A stretch of DNA of 64,000 bases, from the NCBI GenBank assembly GCA_051313645.2, contig JBNRSN020000010.1, forward strand, positions 2,294,001 to 2,358,000, read 5' to 3'. Source of the stretch: Centroscyllium fabricii. Taxonomy: Eukaryota. The translations under genes and the position numbers were made by a program. Positions 53,802 to 64,000 of the stretch are shown one piece after another. Below the pieces are notes generated by a model. The model made no database searches. It worked only from the letters and a program-made list of their open reading frames with translations, and had not been told where the DNA came from. Positions within the stretch are counted from its first letter, which is position 1; each line of letters opens with the position of its first letter.

Positions 53802-54645
53802 CAAGACTCTCTTTATTCATCCTGCTTTCAATCCACAACTCATTCATCCAGCAAGCCCTCTGTTCTTCAATCCCTTCTTAAATTCATCCACCTCTCCATT
53901 CATCTTTCCCTCATATCATAAATCAAACGATCTGCAAAACCAACTATTCATCCAACATTCCCTTCAGTCATCAACCAATCCATCCACTGATTTTCAGTCA
54001 TCCAATACTCCCTACAGTCATTCGTGTACCCATCCATGTATGCATTCATTCAAGCTCTCATCCATTAAAACCTATTCTATTGAATTCTCCATCATTCATC
54101 TATCCATCATCTCCACCAATCATCCTTCATTTCAACACCTCCCTCTCCAACAATCCTTTAAAACAGTCACCTAACCATTGATTCATCTCGACATTCAGCA
54201 CTACCTTCAACCATTCATCCATACTTTGAAAATTCCATCCATCCATCCATCAGTTCCTCCAACCATCCATCCAATCTTCGATACCACCCGGCCTCCAAAC
54301 ATACCACAATCATCCATTCAAACAATTATTCATTCAACTCTCACTCCATTTATTCACAGCATCATTCTTTAAATCACACAGCCATGCAAAGACCCTGGCA
54401 TTCCTTCATCCCTTTATCAATTCAATTACCTCTCCATCCCATAATATGGACCAATCATCCTTCCATTAAATTAGCATCCATCTCGCTCTCCCTCCATTCA
54501 TCTTCCACTCATACAAACACAAATAAATCCAACTCATTCATTCATCTCACAAGTCATTCAACCACCCACTCACCTACCATCCACTCCATTCATTCATCCC
54601 TTTATCAATTCAACTACCTGTCCAGCACATTATTCTGAACAATAA

Positions 54646-55049
54646 TAGGCCTAAATTGTTCAGATTTTAGAAGAATGAGAGGTGATCTCATTGAAACATA
54701 CATAATTCTTACAGGACTTGACGGGGTAGATGCAGGGAGGATGTTTCCCCTGGCTGGAGAGTCTAGTACAAGAGGTCACAGTCTCAGAATGAGAGGAGGA
54801 GCAATTTATTCACTCAGAGAGTCGTGAACCTTAGGAATTCTCTACCTCAGTGTGCTGTGGAGGCTCAGTCTTGTAATATATTCAAGAGAGAGATCGATAT
54901 TTCTTTGAATATTAAGGGAATCAAGGGATATGGGGATAGTGCAGGAAAGTGGAGATGAGGTAGATCAGCCATGATCTTATTGAATGGTGGAGCAGGCTCT
55001 AGGGGCCGAATGGCCGACTCCTGCTCCTATCTCTTATGTTCTTACGTTC
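54646..55049 (+). mobile_element. Decayed CR1 LINE 3' fragment with short 3' UTR
   Basis: tttagaagaatgagaggtgatctcattgaaaca (FRRMRGDLIET), agaggtcacagtctc (RGHSL), aagggaatcaagggatatgggg (KGIKGYG) and the CR1 tail. It carries an internal deletion relative to the 17678 copy. Confidence 0.9.
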
Positions 55050-58000
55050 AACTACTCCTCCATGCAAGCCTCCCTCCATTCATTCATCACGCTCGCATTC
55101 ATCCATCCACTCAGCTAATTCCCATTACATTCATTCATCCATTTATAAATTCAACTGCCTTTCTATCCAACAATCTCTTTGATCAACCACCCAACCGCGC
55201 ATCACACCCTTCATTCATTTATCCCTACATCCAATCAACTACAAATCCCACTATTCAATCATCCATCCACTCAGCCACCCATCCACCAATCCACCGTCTA
55301 TCCAACACACTTTCTTTTCATGCTAATTTCTATACACAGACCATCCATTCAGCACAAACCGTATATTTTTACCCTTCCTAAATTCAACCAATTCTCCATC
55401 CAACATTGCCTCCAATCATTTAAACCATCTGCAGATCCGTTCAGTCATCGAACATGTCCTCAAGTCAGCCATCCCTCCATTGAACCATCCCTCCAACACT
55501 CCCGCCAACTATCCATCCATCCATCCAACCAGTCTTGTTTCCCACACACCTTTGAAACACAACGTAATCCATGCATCCTACCAATTATACATTCAATTCT
55601 CTCTCTACATTCATTCACATCGCCACTCTCTAAGCAGCCCACTTATCCAAACTTCCATTCACTCATTCATCACTATCAATTGAACCTACCTCTCCTTCCC
55701 AGAATTCAGAACAATAATTCATCTATTCAACTGCCCAGCCATAGAACTCTCCCTCCAATCATTCATCATCCACTTATTCAAACACCCACTCATCCAACTT
55801 CCACTTAATTCATTCATCCCTTTATCAATTAAACTTCCTTTCCATCAAACAATCCCTATGATCAACCACCCAACCATCCATCGCTCCCTCCATTCCATTA
55901 TCACTACATCCATTCAACTGCCTTTCCATCTAGCAATCTCTCTAATCAAACACCTCTCTGTCCAAAAATCTCTCTATTCCTTCTATTCTCAATCCACAGC
56001 CCACCCACCCAGCATACATTGTAATGTTTCATCCCTTCATTATTTTAAAGCCTCTCCATCCAAAAGTCCCTCCAATCACCAATCAATCCATCTGCAGCAC
56101 CTTTCATCCAAGGTTGCCCCCAATCATTCAGACATCCATCACCCAATAGTCCCTATAATCATTCATGTTCCCATCAATTTATGCATTCATTGATCCTCTC
56201 ATACAAACAACACATCTTCTATTCAACCAGCACTCCCTTCATTCATACATTGATCCACCCATCCATCCATTGCTACCCGGTCTCTATCCAACACTCTCCC
56301 AATATCACACCATCTAAAATTCTACCCAATCTCTATTAATCTCACCCTCTATAGTTTCAAATCACCACTGATTAAACCACTCACCAAATTAAATTCAACC
56401 ACCACACAATACAACTTTATCTCCAATCCTCATTCAATTCTTCTGCAGAAACATCCATTCATTATCATTGCCTGCAATCATAAATCAATCCACCACTGAT
56501 GTATAATCAGCCAATACACCCTACAATCAATCATGTATCAATCAATGTATGCATTCAGTCAACCTCTCATCCATCCAACACCACTTCTGCTGAATAATCC
56601 ATCATTCACCCATCCATCACCTCAACTAATCATCCATCCCTTCAACACCGCTCCGCCCAGCACTCCTTCCAAACATCCATCCATCCACCTGGCAATCCAG
56701 TACTCCCTTCAATCATCCATCCATTCAGCCACCCATCCACCCTTCATTACATCCAACTATCCATCCATCCACACATCGATCCAATCAGTTTTCTGTCCCA
56801 TCCTCCCGCCACACATCCCACAATAGATCCATTCAGCCAATTATCTATTCAACTCTTCATCCATTCATTCAGTTGCTGTTCTTTGAACAACCCCTCCATC
56901 CTAATTGCAATTTATTAATTCATCCGTTTATCAATGGAACAGACTGTCCATTATACAATACCTTTGATCAACCATCCTTCCACTCCACATGTGCTCTCTT
57001 CATTAATCCCTCGATCCATTCAACCACTGCTCCATTCATTCATTATTTTATCCATTCAACTACCTGCGCTTCCACAATTCCTCTAATCAATCACCCTGGC
57101 CAACGCTCACTATTAATTCGCCTTTTAGTGCACAACCCGTCCATCTAACCCGCCCTCTATTATTTCATCTATCCATAATTACAACCACTTCTACATTCAG
57201 CAATTTTACTTCATTCAATTTATCCACTGAATAATTCCCTCCAACCATCAATCAATCCATCCACTGTAATTTCAACCACCCACTACTTCCGACAATCACT
57301 CAGTCATCCATCCATCCACTCAATCATCCCCTCTACCAACACTATCTCCATCCAACACTACATTCTTCCATTCAAACAATTATCCATCCAACAATGTCTC
57401 CAATAGATCAACTTTGCCTTCATTCAATCACCAATCCATCCAACTGTCCCTCCACACATTCAATTATTTATCAATGCAAGCACCAGCCCTTCCATATATC
57501 CCATTGACCCACTCAACCACCCATCCTTCAGTCGCTCCATTCATTCACCTTTGCAACCACTCAACGACCTTTACATTCAACATGCGCTGCATTCATTAAC
57601 TTCTATAATCATTCAGCCAGCCATGCATCCAGCGTCCTCTCCATTCATTCACCTCCCCATCCATTCAACCACCTATCCAGCGAACACTCATTCCATTCAT
57701 TCACATCTCCACCCATTCAACCATCGATCTATCCAACACCACCTCCATCAATACAACCGGTTTGCCACCCAAACGCACATCTTTTGAGGCATCTCTCTCA
57801 ATTCAACTACCTGTCCATCCCATAATCGCAACTAACCAATCACCCATCCATTCAACTCGTCCTCCAAACGTTCAACCATTTCTTCATCCATCACTTATCC
57901 ATTCATTACCTCATCATTCACGTAAACACTTATTTAAAAATCACTCTTCATTCATTTATCTCTCCGCCCACTTTCACCATACATGTATCTCCCAATTCAT

Positions 58001-60375
58001 TCAACCACTCTTCTATCCAACACTCCCTCCATTCATTCTTCAACATTGCCTCCAATCATCCATCACTCCATCCACTGTACTTCCAGTCATGCTATACATC
58101 CGACAATCAATCACCCATGCAACCAATCACCTGTCCATCCAACACGCTCTCCATCCAACACCACATCCTTCCATTCAAACAATTCTCCACCAAAAATACT
58201 CAACATTCCTTCATCTTTCCATTCATGCAATTACCCATCCATCATACTTTCCAAACATGCATTCACCCTTTTACTAATTCATTCAACTACCTCTCCATCG
58301 AAAAATCCCTCTGACCAACTATCGATCCACTTAATCACCAATGCATACAAAGTTTCCCTCACATACTTCACATTCCGTTTCATTCAACCATCTCTCCATC
58401 CAACACTCTCTGAATTCATTCACATCTACATTCATTTCATTGTGTATTTATCCAGCACTCACTCTTTTCATGAATTCTACCAGCCTTTGGAACAATTTTC
58501 CTTCCATCACTTCCTGCATTAATTTAGCTCCCCATCCATTAATTCACCACTCCAACCAGTCAACACATTCTGTGACCAAAGCTCTCGGCCATTCATTCAC
58601 TCCACAGATATTCCAACCAGCATTATAACCATTCATTCTTCCCTCCATAAATTCAACAAAATATCCATCCAATATTGTCCCCAAACCTCAAACAATGCAT
58701 CCACTATATTCCCAATCATCCACTACTCTCTACAATTATTCATTAATCCATCCATTTACTCATTCATTCAACCTCTCATACATCCAAACACTCTTTTATT
58801 CAACAATCTATTATTCATTTGTACATCACCTCAACCAACCATTCATCCATTGTACAGCTCGCCTTCACAACATCCATCTATAAACTCAAACTGCCCATCC
58901 CATACTCCCTTCAATCATCCATTAAAACAGCTCTCCATCTATCATTATATACACCCAACATCCAAACATGCATCAATCCAACAGTCTTCTATCCCATCCG
59001 CCGTCCAGATAACCAAACTCTATCCATTCAAACAATTATCCATCCAACTCTTCCTACATTTATTCAAACCACCAATCAATCTAAAGTTCACTCCAATCAT
59101 TCATCACTTCACCAGTTGAACTAGCTGTTATTCCGACAATTGGGACCAATAACCCATCCATTCAACTGCCTATCTATCAAACTCTCCCTCCATTCATTCA
59201 TGTTCCACTGATTCAAAAACCCGCTCATGCAACCTTCACTCCATTCAGTCATCCCGCTATCAGCTAAACTGCCAGTTCTTACACCAGTCGATTTGATGAA
59301 CCAAACTTCCACTGAACACGCCTTGAATTCATTCATCCCTCGATCCATTCAACCAGTTCTCCATCATCTCATTTCATTCATCCTTTTATCATTCAACTAC
59401 GTGTGCTTCCACATTCCCTCTTACCAATCACCCATCCACACAAAAACTCTCTAGCCATCATTCGCTATTCATTCTTTTGTCAATCTACAGCTCATCCATC
59501 CAGCACACCCTGCACTCTTTCATCCAGTCATAAATACAACAGCTTCTGAATCCGACATCCCATCCATTTATCCAACATTCCTTCCAAACATCAAACATTC
59601 CTTTCGCTGATCCATCCATTGATACAACATTCCCTCCAATCATCAAATATTCCAGCCACTGAACCTTCTATTCTTCAAATATTACCTTCAATCATCCATC
59701 AATCCATCGACTCTACTTCCAATCATTCAGAACTTCATACAATCATCCATCGATCCATCCATCCAATCACCTGCCCATCCAACACCACATCATTCCATTC
59801 AACCCATTCTCCACAGAACACCACGTCCATTCCCGCACATTTCCATTCATGCAATCACCCATCCCTCCGACTGTCCCTCCATTAATTCACCACTTTATCA
59901 ATTCAATTTCTTCACCTTTCCTTTCATGCAATCATCCATCCATCAAATTTTCAGACCATTCATCCGCCCCTTTAATAATTCAGCTACCTATCAATCCTAC
60001 CGTCCCTTCATTCATTCATATTGCCCTCTTCAAAAAACCGGCTCATGCAACTTTCACTGCATTCAGTCATCCCTCTATTAGCTAAACTGCCTTTTCATAC
60101 AACAATCCCTTTGATCAACCATTCCTCCACTCAACACGCTCTCTATTCATTCATTTCTCGATCTATTCAACCAGTTCTCCATCCTCTCCCTTCATTCATA
60201 CCTTTATCATTCAACTACCTGTGCTTCCCCATTCCCACTGAAGAATTGCGCATCCACTGAAACAACTCTCTGGCCAACATGTTCTATTCATTCTTCTCTT
60301 AATCCGGAGATCTCCATCCAGCACACCCTGTACTCTTTCATCCATCCATAAACATAACAACTTCTGTATCCAACA

Positions 60376-60606
60376 TTCCCACCACCCAAAGACATGCAGC
60401 TTAGGTGAATTGGAGATGCTAAAAATTGTCCATGTATATGTGTGTGAGATATAGTTCTTAGATTTGGGTGTGTCGGGGGATATGGGGCGAGGGTAGGAGG
60501 GGGGAGCTGGGTTTGGATGATCAGCCATGATCTCATCAAAACATGGCGGAGCGGGCTCGAAGGGCCGAATGGCCTCCTCCTGCTCCTATCTTCTGTGTCT
60601 GTGTCT
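60376..60606 (+). mobile_element. 5'-truncated SINE of a divergent V-type subfamily with CR1 tail
   Basis: ccaaagacatgcagcttaggtgaattgg core end, a different linker, then gatgatcagccatgatctca...gaagggccgaatggcctcctcctgctcc and (ctgtgt)n. Confidence 0.8.
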
Positions 60607-62001
60607 CATCAATCAATCCATCTTCTGTACTTCAAATCGTACAATACGCTCTACAATCAGACATTCATTAAATCATCCAATCATCAACACATCCAACACA
60701 CTTTCTGTCCAACACAGCATCCTTACATTAAACCAATTCTGGAACCAACACTCTCTCCAATCCTTCAGCTTTGCATTCATTCCGTCACCCATTGATCAGC
60801 CTGTCCCTCCATTCATTCAGCTCTTTATCAATTCCACTAGCAGCCCTTCCGAATTTAGCCCTGTCCAGCTATCCAGCAAAACAAACACCATACATACCAC
60901 AAACGCTCCATTCAAAGCCACATCCATCCATCACTCCTTCCATTAATTTACCTCCCCAACGATACATTCACCCCTCCTTCCATTCAACCCATTCTGTGTC
61001 CAAAACTCTCATCCTTCCATTCACTGAACCGATATTCCAACCAACATTATCATTCATTCTTCCCTACATAAATGCAACCACCTCTATGTCGAGCATTGTC
61101 TCCAAATATCAATAAATCCATTCACTATACTTCCAATCATCCATTTATCTGTACAATCGTTCATTGATCCATCCATTTATGCATTCTTCAACCTCTCATC
61201 AATCAAACAACTCTTCTGTACAATAACACATCATTCATCTATCTATATCGTCAACCAATCATATGTCCCGTTCAACAACTCCCCTTCCAGGTCTCCTTCA
61301 AAATATTGATCTATAAACTCAAACAAATGGCATTCGGTACTCTCCACAGTCATCCATCCATTCGTTGAAAGAACTATCCATCTATGAATCAGTTCCTCCA
61401 AACATCCAACCATCCTCCAGTCTAACAGTCCTCTATCCCAACGCCCTGTAAACAAACCACAAACGATCCATTCGAAATATTATCCTAACAACTCCCCATC
61501 CATTCGTTCAAACCACCCATCCATCAAAATGTTATTCCATTCATTCATCCCTTTATCAATTCAACTAGGTGTCCATCGCACAATTGGGACCAATCATCCT
61601 TCCATTCAACTGCCTATCCATCCAACTCTCCCTCCATTCATTCATGTTCCACTGATTCAAAAACCCACCCATGCAACTTCCACTGCATTCAGTCATCCCT
61701 CGGTTAGCGAAACTGCCTTTTCATACACCAGTCCCTTTGATCAACCATTCCTCCACTCACCACGCTCTCTATTCATTCATTTCTCGAAATATTCAACCAG
61801 TTCTCCATCCTCTCCCTTCATTCATACCTTTATCATTCAACTACCTGAGCTTCCCCATTCCCACTGAAGAATTGCACATCCACTGAAACAACTCTCTGGC
61901 CAACATGTTCTATTCATTCTTCTCTTAATCCGGAGATCTCCATCCAGCACACCCTGTACTCTTTCATCCATCCATAAACACAACAACTTCTGAATACAAC
62001 T

Positions 62002-62231
62002 TTCCCTCCACCCAAAGACATGTAGCTTATGTGAATTGTAGATGCTATAAATTGTCCATGATTATGTGTGTGAGATATAGTTCTTAGAGTTGGGTATGTC
62101 GGGGGATATGAGGAGAGGTTAGGAGGGGGGAGCTGGGATTGGATGATCAGCCATGATCTCATCACAAAATGGCGGAGCGGGCTCGAAGGGACGAATGGAC
62201 TCATCCTGCTCCAATCTTCTGTGTCTGTGTC
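62002..62231 (+). mobile_element. Duplicated paralog of the 60376 SINE fragment
   Basis: Same sequence and flanks, about 1.62 kb downstream. Confidence 0.8.
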
Positions 62232-64000
62232 ACATCAATCAATCCATCCTCTTTACTCCAAATCATACAATACGCTCAACAATCAGACATTCATTAAATC
62301 ATGCAACACACATTCTGTCCAACACAGCACCCTTACATTAAACCAATTCTGGACCCAACACTCTCTCCAATCATTCAGCTTTGCATTCATTCCGTCACCC
62401 ATTGATCAGCCTGTCCCTCCATCCATTCAGCTCTTTATCAATTCCACTGGCAGCCCTTCCGAATTTAGTCCTGTCCAGCTATCCAGCAAAACAAACATAC
62501 ATACCACACACTCTCCATTCAAAGCCACATCCATCCATCACTCCTTCCAATAATTTACCTCCCCATCCATTCATTCACCCCTCCTTCCATTCAACCCATT
62601 CAGTGTCCAAAACTCTCATCCTTCTATTCACTGAACCGATATTCCAACCAACATTAACATCATTCATTCTTCCCTACATAAATACAACCGCCTCTATGTC
62701 GAGCATTGTCTCCAAACATCAATAAATCCATTCACTATACTTCCAATCATCCAATTATCTCTACAATCGTTCATTGATCCATCCATGTATGCATTCTTCA
62801 ACCTCTCATCAATCAAACAACTCTTCTGTACAATAACACATCATTCATCTATCTATATCGTCAACCAATCATATGTCCCGTTCAACAACTCCCCTTCCAG
62901 GTCTCCTTCACAATATTGATCTATAAACTCAAACAACTAGCATTCCGTACTCTCCTCAGTCATCCATCCATTCGTTGAAAGAAATATCCATCTAGAAATC
63001 AGTTCCTCCAAACATCCAACCATCCTCCAGTCCAAAAGTCCTCTATCCCAACGCCCTGTAAACAAACCACAAACGATCCATTCGAAATATTATCATAACA
63101 ACTCCCCATCCATTCGTTCAAACCACCCATCCATCAACATTTTACTCCATTCATTCATCCCTTTATCAATTCAACTAGGTGTCCATCGCACAATTGGGAC
63201 CAATCATCCTTCCTTTCAACTGCCTATCCATCCAACTCTCCCTCATTTCCTTCATCTTCCATTTATTCAATAAAACTCGTGCAACATTCACTCCATTCTT
63301 TCATCACTTCACCAGTTCAACTAGCTGTTATTCCTACAATTGGGACAAATAATCCATCCATTCAACTGCCTATCCATCAAACTCTCCCTCCATTCATTCA
63401 TGTTCCACTGATTCAAAAACCCACTCATGCAACATTCACTTCATTCAGTCATCCCGCTATCAAACGGCCAGTTCTTACACCAGTCCATTTGATGAACCAA
63501 CCTTCCACTCAACACGCCTTGAATTCATTCATCCCTCGATCCATTCAACCAGTTCACCATCATCTCATTTCATTCATCCTTTTATCATTCAACTACGTGA
63601 GCTTCCACATTCCCTCTTATCAATCACCCTTCCACACAAAAACTCTCTAGCCATCATTCGCTAATCATTCTTCTGTCAATCGACAGCTCATCCATCCAGC
63701 ACACCCTGTACTCTTTCATGCATTCATAAATACAACAGCTTCTGAATCCAACATCCCATCCATTCATCCAACATTCCTTCCAAACATCAAACATTCCAGC
63801 CACTGAACCTTACATTCTTCAAACATTTCCTTCACTCATCCATCAATCCATCGACTCTACTTCCAATCATTCAAAACTTCATACACTCATCCATCCATCC
63901 ATCGATCCATCCATCCAACACACTATCCATCCAAAACCACATCATTCCATTCAACCCATTTTCCACAGACCACCACGTCCATTCCCGCACATTTCCATTC

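Larger units (their letters stand above)
1..64000. repeat. Complex G-poor/C-rich satellite derived from degenerate (TCCA/TTCA)n tetramers, interrupted by transposable elements
   Basis: catccatcca/cattcattca runs occur throughout. Only 10 G in bases 1-300. Long motifs recur many times, e.g. ttcatccctttatcaattcaactacc and caattatccattcaactctccctccattcatt(c/g)acatcgccacactt. The array runs off both ends of the window. Confidence 0.93.
59087..64000. repeat. Nested duplications: ~1.62-kb tandem pair (60003-61628 and 61629-63243) inside a ~4.2-kb spacing (59087-59850 versus 63287-64000)
   Basis: Shared SINE fragment at 60376/62002 and matching ORF-track peptides at 60771/62381. catcacttcaccagtt(g/c)aactagctgttattcc occurs at 59103 and 63302. 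Confidence 0.88.

Noticed and set aside
334-63650. Many + strand ORFs rich in His/Pro/Ser/Ile/Gln
   Set aside because: Lack of G makes TAG and TGA rare, which inflates ORF length. The ORFs overlap in several frames, frames are not kept between paralogous units, and no domains are recognisable.
1-64000. Immunoglobulin switch-like or G-quadruplex region suggested by the strand skew
   Set aside because: The G-rich strand has mostly GG doublets (GGAT/GAAT), AGCT motifs are not dense, and no Ig exons or recombination signals are visible. Descent from a G-free tetramer explains the skew.

Overview
Eukaryotic, apparently non-genic DNA, most likely from a shark or ray, judged from HE1/V-type tRNA-derived SINEs and matching CR1 (HER1-like) LINE tails. 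About 80-85% of the window is a complex, strand-asymmetric satellite. Its + strand is almost free of G (10 G in the first 300 bases) and is built from decayed TCCA/TTCA tetramers. These are organised hierarchically: a ~145-bp internal repeat, ~1.1-1.6-kb modules, and higher-order repeats of ~9.1 kb, ~3.9 kb and ~1.6 kb. Embedded in it are one young full-length Ty3/Gypsy LTR retrotransposon with CsRn1-clade hallmarks (single 1315-aa ORF, 278-bp LTRs, tRNA-Trp PBS, GATT TSD), ten SINE copies, several CR1 3' fragments, two Rex/Babar-like tailed insertions and one inverted satellite fragment. Paralogous repeat units supply empty sites, so junctions and insertion order can be read directly. The most unexplained signals are the satellite architecture and a ~180-nt structured, U-rich, possibly pseudoknotted module in a CR1 3' UTR. 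No host gene, tRNA gene or CRISPR array is supported. Identities were estimated by eye, not computed.
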